Assembly: GCA_963785255.1 (NCBI GenBank)
Contig: CAWAUR010000003.1
Span: 443,057-507,056, forward strand
Source: Bryobacterales bacterium
GTDB lineage: Bacteria; Acidobacteriota; Terriglobia; Bryobacterales; Bryobacteraceae
Direction: 5' to 3'
DNA: 64,000 nt
In this document: positions 9,672 to 19,417 of the stretch, piece by piece
Numbering within the stretch: position 1 is the stretch's first letter
Layout: each line of letters starts with the position of its first letter
Position numbers and translations under genes: made by a program
Notes under the pieces: generated by a model
What the model was told of the DNA's origin: nothing
The model's database searches: none
The model's input: only the letters and a program-made list of their open reading frames with translations

Positions 9672-10081
9672 ATCTCTATCGAACGCTGGTCGCCGTCGAG
9701 CGCGCGCAGCCGGATCTCGATGCGGTCCGGTGGCATCAGTTCCGGAAAGCGCTCGCCCCACTCTACCAGCACCATGGCCGGACTGTCGAACAGATCGTCC
9801 AGTCCCAGCGTGGCGGCGTCGCGGGCGCGATCGAGCCGGTACAGATCGACGTGATAGACGGCGGGCGGCGTGCCGTATTCGTGTATCAGCGTGAAGGTCG
9901 GGCTGGAAACTTCTTCCACCTCGGCCGCGCCCAATCCCTTCACAATACCCTTGGCCAGCGTGGTCTTCCCCGCGCCCAGATTGCCGATCAGCAGCACCGT
10001 CGCGCCGCGCGGCAGCGTCTTCGCCAGGCGCTCGCCCAGAGCGATGGTCTCCTCCTCAGAGGCGGTGCGGAAGACGGGCAC
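9668..10081 (-). CDS. tsaE: tRNA t6A37 biosynthesis ATPase TsaE
   Basis: 137 aa. P-loop LIGNLGAGKTTLAKGI and ..SPTFTLIHEY....YHVDLYRL are TsaE/YjeE signatures. Confidence 0.85.
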   Translation of the reverse strand: MPVFRTASEEETIALGERLAKTLPRGATVLLIGNLGAGKTTLAKGIVKGLGAAEVEEVSSPTFTLIHEYGTPPAVYHVDLYRLDRARDAATLGLDDLFDSPAMVLVEWGERFPELMPPDRIEIRLRALDGDQRSIEM

Positions 10082-11573
10082 ACTCCTCCAGGGCCGCCGG
10101 AAGATAGTGGAGCAGATCGGTAGCCGTCAGGCATTTTTCGCCGAGCGCGGCGGCGCCCAATTCGCCGGCGAGGCCATGCAGATAAACGGCGGCGGCGATG
10201 GCTTCGGCGGCCTGGTCCGGAAACTGGCCGAGCAACCCGGCGATCATGCCGGTGAGAATGTCGCCCGTGCCGCCGGTGCCCATGGCGGGCGTGCCTGTGG
10301 GGTTGATCCAAACGCGCCCATCGGGAAACGCGATCAACGTGCGCTCGCCTTTCAGCACCATGATGGCTTGCCGCGCGGTGGCCATATCGCGCGCGGCGGA
10401 TATGCGAGCGGCCATGATTGCGGCGATGGGCTTGCCCGCGAGCCGCGCCATCTCACCGGGATGCGGCGTGAGCACGCGCAGCTTGCCCGCTCCCGACCAA
10501 TCGCTGGACGCCAGCGCGTTCAATGCATCTGCGTCCGTGACCATGGGCTTGTCAATTTCCGCGAATGCGCGCCGCACCATGGCGACGGTTTCCGGCGCGC
10601 CGCCCAGCCCCGGCCCGATAGCGATGACATCCTTATTTTCGACGATGGCCGCCAGCCCGTCAGGGTCGAGCGTGGCTGTCATCAGTTCCGCCGCGTGGCC
10701 CGCGATCACCGGGATGGCCGATTCTTCCGACGCTACGGTAACCAATCCCGCGCCCGCGCGCAGCGCAGCCATGCCGCACATGGCGGCCGCACCTGTCTTG
10801 CCGTGCGATCCGGCGATGGCCAATACATGCCCGAAGGTTCCCTTATAGCCGCTATGCGGACGCGGCGCCAGTGTCACGCCGAACATGGCCGGTTGCACTA
10901 ACGACAGCCAAACGGAATCGTCCGCATCGTAAAGCGCAGGCGGGCTGCCGATGGGCGCCACGTGCAGTTCGCCGATGGCGTCGCAATTCGGCGGCAACAC
11001 CTGCGCGGGCTTGGGAGCGGTGAACGTCACGGTGTAATCGGCGCGCGCCTGTTCGCCCACGGGATGTTCCGAATCGCTGGGCATGCCCGACGGGATATCC
11101 ACGGCCACCACTTTCGCCAGCGGAAAACCATGATTGATCTCGCGGATCGCTTCCAGCATCGCGCCGGTGGCCGGACCGTTGATGCCGGTGCCGAGCAGCG
11201 CATCCACCACGACGGTCGCCATGCGCGCCGCGGCGGGAATTTCACGCGTTACCGTGCAGCCGCACACTTCGAGCATGCGATAGTTGTGTGCGGCGTCGCC
11301 TTTCAAGTCTTCCGGCGCGGCGAACAAAACCACATCGAGCGCGCGCGGATGAAAACGCGTGAAAAGCTGGCGCGCCACCACCATGCCATCGCCGCCGTTA
11401 TTGCCTTTGCCGCACAGTACCACGATGCGCTGCCCATCGAGCGGCGCAAATTTTTCGGCCAGCAACTCCACCACGCGATGCCCGGCGTTTTCCATCAGCA
11501 CCACGCCGGGGATGCCCATCTCGATGGTGCGCCGGTCGACCTCGCGCATTTGCGCGGCGGTAAGAACTTTCAT
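10056..11573 (-). CDS. nnr: Bifunctional NAD(P)H-hydrate repair enzyme Nnr (epimerase/dehydratase)
   Basis: MKVLTAAQMREVD...VLCGKGNNGGDG (YjeF_N) and a C-terminal carbohydrate-kinase domain (GTGDILTG). The ATG overlaps the upstream TGA (ATGA at 11570-11573). Confidence 0.85.
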   Translation of the reverse strand: MKVLTAAQMREVDRRTIEMGIPGVVLMENAGHRVVELLAEKFAPLDGQRIVVLCGKGNNGGDGMVVARQLFTRFHPRALDVVLFAAPEDLKGDAAHNYRMLEVCGCTVTREIPAAARMATVVVDALLGTGINGPATGAMLEAIREINHGFPLAKVVAVDIPSGMPSDSEHPVGEQARADYTVTFTAPKPAQVLPPNCDAIGELHVAPIGSPPALYDADDSVWLSLVQPAMFGVTLAPRPHSGYKGTFGHVLAIAGSHGKTGAAAMCGMAALRAGAGLVTVASEESAIPVIAGHAAELMTATLDPDGLAAIVENKDVIAIGPGLGGAPETVAMVRRAFAEIDKPMVTDADALNALASSDWSGAGKLRVLTPHPGEMARLAGKPIAAIMAARISAARDMATARQAIMVLKGERTLIAFPDGRVWINPTGTPAMGTGGTGDILTGMIAGLLGQFPDQAAEAIAAAVYLHGLAGELGAAALGEKCLTATDLLHYLPAALEECARLPHRL

Positions 11574-13519
11574 GGACGCCTCGCTACCAGCATGGTCATA
11601 TCGTCGGCCAGTTCGGTCGCCGGGCCGCTCCATTGCAACACGGCTTCCATGGTGCGCGCGATGATTTCGTGCGAATCGCGATCCGCATTCTTCGACAGCA
11701 GATCGGTGAGCCGCTGCTCGCCGAACATCTCGCCGTACTCGTTCTCCGGCTCGATGATGCCGTCGGTGTAAGCCACCAGCACGTCGCCGCGGCAGAGTTG
11801 AATCTTGCGTTCCTCGTAAGCCGCGAAGGGGAACGCGCCCACTACCGTTCCGGTCACCTCCAGCAATTCGGGAACGCCTTTGCGCAGCAGAATCGGCTGC
11901 AGATGTCCGGCGTTGGTGTACGTCAGCATGGAGGTCTTCTCGTCATACATGGCGAAATAAAAGGTCGCGTACTTTTCGGGCGAGGTGTTGGCGTACAGCA
12001 GCTTATTCAGACGCGACACCATCACGGCGGTGGAAGGTGCGTATGCCGATCCATCGCTCGAACAAGGCGGCATACCGCCGCTAAGCTGCATGCGCATGGT
12101 GGATTGGATGGAGGCCATCAACAGCGCCGCCGAAATGCCTTTACCGGCGACATCGCCGATAGCCAGCGCCACACTGGAATCGAAGCGCATGAAATCGTAG
12201 TAATCGCCCGAAACCACGCGCGCCGGATTGCATACGCCGGTGAGCGAAAGGTTCTTCAGATCCGGCACGTCTTTGGGAAACAGCAGGCTCTGCACTTCGC
12301 GCGCGATCTCCAGCTCCGATTGCAGGCGCTCCTTCTCCTTGGCCACTATGATGAGCCGCTCCAGATTCTCCGTCATGGTGTTGAACGATGCGCCCAGTTC
12401 GGCCAACTGATCGCCGCCGCGCACCGGAATGCGATGCGTAAAATCTCCCTCGTTGACGTGCCGCGTACCCCGGTAAAGTTCGTGCACCGCGCTGGTGATG
12501 CTGCGCGAGAGGGACACACCGATGACCAGCGAGACCAGTTCCACGATCAGAAAGAGGGTGACCGTGATAAGAAATGCGTACCAGATGGCCTGCCCATAGG
12601 CCATGTCTCCCAGCGCCAGATTGGTCCCGAAAATGGTGCCGAGCACCGCGGACATGCGTGTGTGAACCAGCAGCACTTCGTTTTTCTGACTATCCGGCGA
12701 GTCCCAGAACGCTACCGGCACCAGCGATCCCCAGTTGACTTGCAGATCGAGAATGTTGTTCTTGGGCGGGATGCGCGCGACGTGCGTGGACCCCGGCCGT
12801 ACGCTGCGCAAACCGCCGCCCGATTCGGAGAAATCCAGGTTCACCTGTCCGATGCCCGGCAGCAGATTCGATAGAAATTGCTGGCTGAGCGGCGCCATGA
12901 TGGTGACGCCGGTAGCGCCGGAAACGGCGTGCGCCCAGGCATACAGTTGCGAATCCCTCACGATCAATCCGCTGGCCTCTTTCCATCCGTCGGGCGGATT
13001 TGCGATGGAGGATGACGGGGGATACCGGTAATCGCCGCCATCGTGCAGCAGGATTTCAGCGTCGGGAAAAAAGCGCTGGATGAAGTCTTCGGTTCGCCGG
13101 ATCGTCTCCGGCCGGTGTTCCGCGGGAGCCTCCAGGATGTTGGCGGCGGAGCCTTTCAGAATGTTGGTGCGGCGATCCAATTCCGAATTGATCAGATAGT
13201 CGGCGAACTGGCCGGTAAGCCCGTAGGCGCTGACCAGGACCAGGGCCAGGATGAGCGCGATGGGCACCATGGCGATGAAGGCATACGCCACAATGAGGCG
13301 ATTGCGCAAACGCCAGATGAGCTTCCGGACACCGGCCCTGGCCAGGCGGACGGCCACGATGAAACCCACGATCCAGGCGGCGACAATGACCAGCAGGCGG
13401 AGGAAGGAGGAGGGGGCCGCAAAAGCCAGCACGGCAGCCAAAATCACCAGCAGGATGAAGATTTTTTCGAGTCGCCCGAGCTTTCGGTAGAGAGGGAGCA
13501 GGCGTGCGGCCATTCCCAT
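11570..13519 (-). CDS. Membrane sensor with HAMP domain and PP2C/SpoIIE-type serine phosphatase
   Basis: Two TM segments. HAMP (..ITSAVHELYRGTRHVNEGDFTHRIPVRGGDQLAELGASFNTM..). SpoIIE motifs (SGDYYDF, IGDVAGKGISAALLMA, DGIIEPEN, DDMTMLV). Confidence 0.85.
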   Translation of the reverse strand: MGMAARLLPLYRKLGRLEKIFILLVILAAVLAFAAPSSFLRLLVIVAAWIVGFIVAVRLARAGVRKLIWRLRNRLIVAYAFIAMVPIALILALVLVSAYGLTGQFADYLINSELDRRTNILKGSAANILEAPAEHRPETIRRTEDFIQRFFPDAEILLHDGGDYRYPPSSSIANPPDGWKEASGLIVRDSQLYAWAHAVSGATGVTIMAPLSQQFLSNLLPGIGQVNLDFSESGGGLRSVRPGSTHVARIPPKNNILDLQVNWGSLVPVAFWDSPDSQKNEVLLVHTRMSAVLGTIFGTNLALGDMAYGQAIWYAFLITVTLFLIVELVSLVIGVSLSRSITSAVHELYRGTRHVNEGDFTHRIPVRGGDQLAELGASFNTMTENLERLIIVAKEKERLQSELEIAREVQSLLFPKDVPDLKNLSLTGVCNPARVVSGDYYDFMRFDSSVALAIGDVAGKGISAALLMASIQSTMRMQLSGGMPPCSSDGSAYAPSTAVMVSRLNKLLYANTSPEKYATFYFAMYDEKTSMLTYTNAGHLQPILLRKGVPELLEVTGTVVGAFPFAAYEERKIQLCRGDVLVAYTDGIIEPENEYGEMFGEQRLTDLLSKNADRDSHEIIARTMEAVLQWSGPATELADDMTMLVARRP

Positions 13520-13535
13520 TCATCTTAGCGCGCCA

Positions 13536-13560
13536 GTAGGACAGGCCTCCGGGCCTGTCC
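13536..13560. repeat. REP element
   Basis: GTAGGACAGGCCTCCGGGCCTGTCC. Confidence 0.8.
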
Positions 13561-13706
13561 AGTTTTCGCGGTGACACCGCCCGGGGGAGTTGTCGCCCGC
13601 ACTTGGCGCTGCCAAAATTTTTCGCGAAAAGTTGAACCGCTGCGAGGTTGGAAATCACTATCGCACAAAAGGCGGTTTTTTTTCCGCGAACGAGAAAGGA
13701 TGTCGC

Positions 13707-14410
13707 ATGACTCGCCTACGCCGCTTCACGTTTGTCTTTGCTCGCTCTAGCCGGAGTCTATTTCAGCCCAGCGCCGGGGCGACCCTCGGAGCTCCTACTT
13801 TCGCGTCATCGCGGTAGTGCCGCTGGTTACCGCCGCCGACGGGACGCCCGCGTGGCCCAAGCACGTTCCAACCATTGCGCCGTCCGGCCCGGGCGCGCAG
13901 AGTTCCGGCTGGACCGAGACGGCGTTGTACAGCTTCACCGGCGCACCCGATGGCGCCACGCCGCAGTCCGCTGGTAGCGGTGAATGGCGTTCTTTATAGC
14001 ACCACGACCTACGGTGGAAACGCCCCGGTCCGCGAGGGATATGGAACAGTCTTCGCGTTGAAACAGCGCGCTCGGGGAGCCTGGAGCGAAACATGATCTA
14101 CAATTTCCAACGCGCCGCTGTGGATGACGGATATTATCCCGCGGGCGGCCTGCTGTCCGGGAACGGCGAGGCACTCTACGGTACGACCCCTATGCGCGGC
14201 TTCGTCGGATGGGGCACGGTCTTCCGATTAAATCCGGCCGCGCCCGGAATGGATTGGAGCGAAACCGTGCTGGCCAGCTTCAGCGTATTCGACGGAGCCA
14301 CACCCGCCGGATCGCTCATCGGTGGTCCGCCGGGAGCGCTCTACGGTACCGCCCAGAGTGGCGGCAGTTCGCCTTGCAGCCTTTTGCGCACAGCCAGCCG
14401 TGGGTATATC
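13707..14410 (+). pseudogene. Decayed GloVer-repeat secreted protein gene (multiple frameshifts)
   Basis: SD plus ATG at 13707. The signal peptide is split between frames. GloVer units (..WTETALYSFTGAPDGATPQS / LVAVNGVLYSTTTYGG..GTVFALK / ..GEALYGTTPMRGFVGWGTVFRLNP..) are spread over at least 4 frame switches (ORF pieces 13590, 13732, 13817, 13875, 14093). Confidence 0.65.
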
Positions 14411-15964
14411 ATGGCAGCTATGCTTCAACCCCGGCCTGCTCTGTGTCTCTGGGTTGTAACGTGGGCCGCCGCTATCCCTGCGCTTCGCGGCCAGAATCTT
14501 CAATCGCCCAACGGACGCCAGTTCAACGTCCGCATTACGGGCAAGCTCCTGGACTTTCACGATGCGCCCATCGCCGGCGCGGCCATTGGCTTGGCGCCTT
14601 GGGATAAAGGCGTCTGGCAGCCGGTGACGCAGACATCGGCCGCTGGCGATTTCGATCTCAACGTGCGCCTCGATCCCGGCGCTTACCAGGTGATCGCGGC
14701 ATTTGGGCAACTAAAAGTCGCTACCGCCCAAGTGGAACTGCGCCGTCCGTCAACCACTGCGATTGAAGTAACCCTGCGCGCATCCGAAGAGACCGCGCAG
14801 TCTGACCAGCCGCCCGATCTGGTGCCTCCTGCCGGCCTGTTACCTCAGGGAAGTTTCCCCGCCGCGCCCCCCAGGCTTTCCGGCAGACTCCCTTCCCGGC
14901 GAATTCCCAGCCCGGCCCAAGCCGAGTCTGGCTCGGGTGCGCCTTCGCCACCGCCACCGCCGCCCCCTACCCGCGGTTTGGAGATATTGACTACCCAGGA
15001 GTTCGTCAACGTCTTCTATGTCACCAACCGGACACCGGCCTCCGGTGTGCCCGGCTCCTACATCGATGGTCCTGTGGTGCAGACGAATGCCAGTTACGGC
15101 GTTTGCAAAGTAAGCATCCCGGCCGTGCACAAACCCGGCGTCATGGAACGCCCGTCCATTTTCCGCCTCGAGAGAACGGAAGATCCCAACCGTCACATTG
15201 TGATCGTCGCGCGCGATGTCTCCCGCGATCAGGAAGCCTTCGAGAACCGCCTGCATCAGGCATTCGCGGAGAGCGGATCGGAAGCCTTCCTGTTCATCCA
15301 TGGTTATAACGTGAGCTTCGACGACGCCGTGCGCCGCACCGCGCAGTTATTCCGCGACCTGCAGTTCGATGGCGTGCCTATCCTCTTTAGTTGGCCGGGC
15401 CAGAACGCCTGGTGGCGCTACATGGCCGCCGAAGACGCCGTGGATGTTTCCGCGCGCCAGCTCGAAGAGTTCCTGCGCGCGACCTTCGCCAACAAGCGAC
15501 TGAACGCCGTGAATATCGTGGCCCATAGTATGGGAAACCGCGTGCTCATGACAGCGCTCGACCGGCTCTCGCACCGCCGCGACGACTTGCAGTTCAATAA
15601 CATCGTGATGGCTGCCCCCGACATCAATATCGCCGATTTCCAGGAGCTTTCCGGCAGACTGAAGGCCTTCGCCCAACACCGCACCATTTATTCGTCGTCG
15701 CGGGACATGGCGCTGTTCGTCTCCAAGCAATTTCATTCGTATCCGCGGCTGGGCGAGGCGCCGCCGCTAAGCTTGGCGGAGGGCATCGACACGGTGGACG
15801 CTTCCAACATTCATCAGGACTTATTGGGGCATTCGTATTTCGGGGATAGCTTGACCGTTTTGCACGATCTGTTCCTGCTGTTGAAGGAAGGCGAGAGTCC
15901 CGACCAGCGAGCGTTGCAACCCGCCACGCTCAACAACGCACGCTATTGGATCGTCCCCAATTAA
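14411..15964 (+). CDS. Secreted alpha/beta hydrolase, DUF900 type, with N-terminal CarboxypepD_reg-like domain and Pro-rich linker
   Basis: ATG at 14411 begins a signal peptide (MAAMLQPRPALCLWVVTWAAAIPALRGQ). PPPPPP linker. FIHGYNVSFDDAVRR..PILFSWPG..NIVAHSMGN matches the DUF900 hydrolase pattern. The upstream part of ORF 14093 belongs to the pseudogene. Confidence 0.7.
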   Translation: MAAMLQPRPALCLWVVTWAAAIPALRGQNLQSPNGRQFNVRITGKLLDFHDAPIAGAAIGLAPWDKGVWQPVTQTSAAGDFDLNVRLDPGAYQVIAAFGQLKVATAQVELRRPSTTAIEVTLRASEETAQSDQPPDLVPPAGLLPQGSFPAAPPRLSGRLPSRRIPSPAQAESGSGAPSPPPPPPPTRGLEILTTQEFVNVFYVTNRTPASGVPGSYIDGPVVQTNASYGVCKVSIPAVHKPGVMERPSIFRLERTEDPNRHIVIVARDVSRDQEAFENRLHQAFAESGSEAFLFIHGYNVSFDDAVRRTAQLFRDLQFDGVPILFSWPGQNAWWRYMAAEDAVDVSARQLEEFLRATFANKRLNAVNIVAHSMGNRVLMTALDRLSHRRDDLQFNNIVMAAPDINIADFQELSGRLKAFAQHRTIYSSSRDMALFVSKQFHSYPRLGEAPPLSLAEGIDTVDASNIHQDLLGHSYFGDSLTVLHDLFLLLKEGESPDQRALQPATLNNARYWIVPN

Positions 15965-15965
15965 T

Positions 15966-16059
15966 GTAGGACAGGCCTCCTGGCCTGTCCAAGGCGAGCG
16001 AAGCTCGCCGCGCGCAGTTCGCCGAGGGCGAGCGGGACAGGCCAGGAGGCCTGTCCTAC
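15966..16059. repeat. Inverted REP pair flanking GGCGAGC..GCTCGCC hairpins
   Basis: GTAGGACAGGCCTCCTGGCCTGTCC ... GGGACAGGCCAGGAGGCCTGTCCTAC. The minus-strand TAG (16056-16058) is the recN stop codon. Confidence 0.8.
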
Positions 16060-17741
16060 GAACCCGCGCTCCGAATCAATCGCTCGGCGTGCTTCAATGC
16101 CTCGGGTGTCAGTTCCTGCCCCGATAGCATGCGCCCCACCTCGCGCGTGCGGCCCGGCCGGTCCAGCTCTTCGATCCCCGCGACAGTCCGGCCATTGCTC
16201 TCGTGCTTCTCCACGCAATAATGATGGTCCGCGAAGGCCGCGATCTGCGCCAGATGCGTGACGCACAACACCTGGTTTGCGGCGGCCAGCTTCTTCAATC
16301 GCCGGCCCACGCCTTCGGCCGCGCTGCCGCCAATCCCCGCATCCACTTCGTCGAACACTAGCGTGCGTAGCGGAACAGCGTCCGCAGCCCGCCGCGGCGC
16401 CGCCAGACAGGTCTTCAACGCCAACGCGATGCGCGAGATCTCGCCGCCCGAAGCCACCTTCTCCAGCGCCTTGGGTTCTTCGCCCAGGTTGGGCGACACC
16501 AGGAATTCGACGCGGTCCGCGCCCGCGCCCGACCACGCCGCCGGCGCCATCTCGATACGAAATTTCGTACGTTCCATGGCCAGCGACGCGAGTTCCGCCT
16601 CCACGCCTTTTTCGAGCTTGCGCGCGGCGCGCGTGCGCAGCGCCGTCAGTTCGCCCGCCGCTTGCGTATACTCGCCCGCCAGGCGCTCGCGCTCTTTCCG
16701 CAGTTCTTCCATACGCTCGCCGGCGTGCTCCACCTGCTCGATCTGCGCGCGCACCTCCGCCAGAAACGCCAGCACCTCGGCGATGGATGCGCCATACTTG
16801 CGCTTCAGCTTATCGAGCAGCGCCAGGCGATTCTCGATCTCCTCCAGCCGGCCGGGATTCGCCTCCAGCCCCGAAAGATAATCGCGCAGCACATAGGACG
16901 CCTCCTTGATGGCCAATTCGGCGGATTGTAGCTGCTCGCCAAGCGAGGCGAGAGAAGGATCCACGCGGCAAACATCGTCCAGCCGCTTGGCCGCCACCCG
17001 CACCTGCGCCAGCGCCGATTCGGGCGCATCGTAGAGCGCCGCGTAGGCGGCGTCGGTGTTTTCCTGCAGCCGCCCGACGTTCTGCAGCACGCGCCGTTCG
17101 GCATTGAGCGATTCATCTTCGCCGGCCGCGGGCGCCGCGCCTTCAATCTCCTTGCGCTGAAATTCCCAAAGATCCAGCAGGCGCAGCTTTTCCTGCTCGG
17201 TGCGCTCGATGGTTTCAAGCGCCACGCCCGCTGCGCGCCAATCCCGGTACACCGCCTCCACACGCGCCAGCAGCAGATCGCCGGCGCCCGCGAACGAATC
17301 CAGCATCTCGCGCTGCGCATCGGGCGAAAACAAAAGCTGCTGATCGTGTTGTCCGTGAATATCGCCCAACAGCGGCGCCAGATCCCGCAGCAGCGCGACG
17401 GCCACCGGCCGGCTGCCCAAAAACGCACGCGACTTGCCGCCCGACAGGATCTCGCGCTCGATCAGCAACTCGCTATCTTCGATCGCGAAGCCCGCCGGAT
17501 CGAGCAGCGCGCGCACGTCCGGGCGGTCGCGCACGTCGAAGATGCCCGCCACCCGCGCACGGGTTTCGCCGGAGCGCACCATTTCCGCCGATGCGCGGGC
17601 CCCCAACAGCAGTCCCAGGGCGTCCACCACGATGGACTTGCCGCTGCCCGTCTCGCCCGTCAGCAGATTCAATCCCGGATGGAAGCGCACCCGGATGCGA
17701 TCGACCACGGCGTAGTTTTCGACCAGCAACTCGACTAGCAT
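16056..17741 (-). CDS. recN: DNA repair protein RecN
   Basis: MLVELLVENYAVVDRIRVRFHPGLNLLTGETGSGKSIVVDAL.. through ..LVFDEVDAGIGG..QVLCVTHLAQIAA. 561 aa from the ATG at 17741. The listed 872-aa ORF is an upstream in-frame extension. Confidence 0.9.
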   Translation of the reverse strand: MLVELLVENYAVVDRIRVRFHPGLNLLTGETGSGKSIVVDALGLLLGARASAEMVRSGETRARVAGIFDVRDRPDVRALLDPAGFAIEDSELLIEREILSGGKSRAFLGSRPVAVALLRDLAPLLGDIHGQHDQQLLFSPDAQREMLDSFAGAGDLLLARVEAVYRDWRAAGVALETIERTEQEKLRLLDLWEFQRKEIEGAAPAAGEDESLNAERRVLQNVGRLQENTDAAYAALYDAPESALAQVRVAAKRLDDVCRVDPSLASLGEQLQSAELAIKEASYVLRDYLSGLEANPGRLEEIENRLALLDKLKRKYGASIAEVLAFLAEVRAQIEQVEHAGERMEELRKERERLAGEYTQAAGELTALRTRAARKLEKGVEAELASLAMERTKFRIEMAPAAWSGAGADRVEFLVSPNLGEEPKALEKVASGGEISRIALALKTCLAAPRRAADAVPLRTLVFDEVDAGIGGSAAEGVGRRLKKLAAANQVLCVTHLAQIAAFADHHYCVEKHESNGRTVAGIEELDRPGRTREVGRMLSGQELTPEALKHAERLIRSAGS

Positions 17742-17784
17742 GCTGTACTCGATTATAAAGGTGAGGCACCGTCGAAAACTTCCC

Positions 17785-17816
17785 GTGGGGCAGACCATCG
17801 TTTTTTGTGGTCTGCC
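17785..17816. repeat. GGCAGACCA..TGGTCTGCC palindromic repeat (second family)
   Basis: GTGGGGCAGACCATCGTTTTTTGTGGTCTGCC. Related copies at 46494-46537 and 56769-56850. Confidence 0.7.
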
Positions 17817-18074
17817 AGGTTTTTCATCATCTTCGGTGGCCCGCAGGAGCATTTTCTCGTCCAAGAATGAGCCTGGAGAACAGGTCTCAGATATACGGGT
17901 TTCCCTTCGTTGAATCTTGATTCGTGGACCATCGCCCCTGGGCCGCGCCGCGCCGGTCCGAGATGACCCGCGTCGAGCGGCAGGTTGTCCGGTGGCGCGT
18001 GAGAGAGGCACGGGGCCAGCGCGGGCGGGGATGACGCTGGGTTTGCCGGTCCTCACAGTCGGGCCGGCTGAAAC

Positions 18075-18674
18075 GGAGGATAAGTGCGCTTCGCCCTGCG
18101 GCCTAACCATGAAGGCGAACACCGCGAATTCACAGTCTGGGCTTGTTACAAAGCTCTGGATCACGAGGCTTGACCGCGGGATCTCCATTTCGTCGGAGAA
18201 GAACTTGAAATTATTTTCCGCCTTCTCGCTCCCATGGCAGGTTAGGATGATCTGGGCCGACGGCAACGTAAGTTTTCCCAATTTGTCGACCATGTCGTAC
18301 TCAATTGCCGGCAGCTCGTCCCTGCCATTCTCACTGAACCAGTCCTTGATCTCCACGCAAGCGACGGGCTCTCCCGCAGTGTCCATGAAAGCAAGATCAC
18401 AAGGCCCCGGAGCCTTGTTGCAGCCCGGCACCAGGTGCCGACGGTGGGCTCGCCATTCCATGACGGCGAGCAGCGGAAACGAAGAAATTAATCCGCGCCA
18501 GATTATAGCCTGGTAGTAGCGTTCCGCGCCGCCCAGTCGCCGTAAACCGCGGAGGCCGTGCCGCTTGGGCGGCCAGTTGTTCCGCCGTTCGCATTCCTGT
18601 ATGTGGCCGTCCTCGCGCTGCAGGGCCCGAGCCGCACAATCCACCAGTTGCTTCAGTTCCTCAGATCCGAACAT
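18075..18674 (-). CDS. Hypothetical protein with a possible PD-(D/E)XK nuclease motif (3' end undefined)
   Basis: AAAGGAG lies 7 nt upstream of the ATG at 18674. The first ~200 aa have protein-like composition. CDLAF..(15 aa)..VEIK fits D..ExK. There is no stop codon before recN, so the end coordinate is only approximate. Confidence 0.35.
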
Positions 18675-19311
18675 GAGAACGCTCCTTTCGCTAACTCCCT
18701 CGTCCCGGTAGCGAGACGCATTCGGCTTCGACGTTGATCGAACAATGACGGCTGCCGGTCAAAGGGGCATCCGTTCTTGTCACATCGAGAACAAGCGTCC
18801 CGCCCTCGCGAGGCCTTCCACACGATAAACGTGACCGAGGCAAGCACAGACCAATCGGGCATGTCGCGCCACCTCGGGATTTCCGTGCGGAAACGCGGCG
18901 ATCCACGCCGGCATCGCTCGCAGTTCCACCCAGTCGCCAACTTGGGGGCACTGCGTAGGAGGGCGGCGGAAACGGCCTACGGTCATACCAATCAAGGTAC
19001 CGACGCTCTGCCGCCGTGTGAACATCTACGGCGTATTATACAATGAAGCCGCGTACCTCTCTATTCCTTTTCCCGGTCGCGTCGCCGATGGACTTGCACA
19101 GCGCGCCGCTACCGATATTTGCGAACCGGGCCTCCACAACTTGGGCCGATGTGACAGGATAGAATTCATCACAGAAGAGCAACGGTGGCGGAGGCGAAGA
19201 TTATTTGGCACGCGCGCCCGGCGCCCCCTTGCCCGCGAATTCGCTTGGCAGCGAGAAACAGCCCCCTCCTCCCGACTCATACCGTATGCGAGAAGACGAG
19301 AAGACCTCGAT

Positions 19312-19341
19312 TTGCACATGCCCCGCAGTCTGTGTTATTCT
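19312..19341 (+). promoter_or_regulatory. Candidate sigma-70 promoter for rplA
   Basis: TTGCAC (19312-19317), 18-nt spacer, TG-n-TATTCT extended -10 (19333-19341). It lies about 75 nt upstream of the rplA ATG. Confidence 0.3.
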
Positions 19342-19417
19342 AGCGGATGTCCCCTAAAGACGCTCAATGGGAGGTCCGTGCTTCTAGGCCGGGCCGTTTG
19401 CACCAGTGAGGAGTTGA

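Noticed and set aside
17742-17775. SOS (LexA) box upstream of recN
   Set aside because: A TATAAT lies 10 nt before the ATG, but no CTGT-N8-ACAG, GAAC-N4-GTTC or other recognisable LexA-type palindrome is present.
16056-18674. Annotating the whole 872-aa ORF as an extended RecN
   Set aside because: RecN homology starts exactly at the internal ATG (17741), giving a normal 561-aa protein. The ~110 codons before it are repeat-derived and low-complexity. The fusion possibility is kept only as a question in the findings.
19342-19417. rplA leader as a 23S-rRNA mimic for L1 autoregulation
   Set aside because: A hairpin can be drawn (GGAUGUCCC..GGGAGGUCC), but I could not match it to the L1-binding consensus from memory. 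It is left as a question to test with covariance models.
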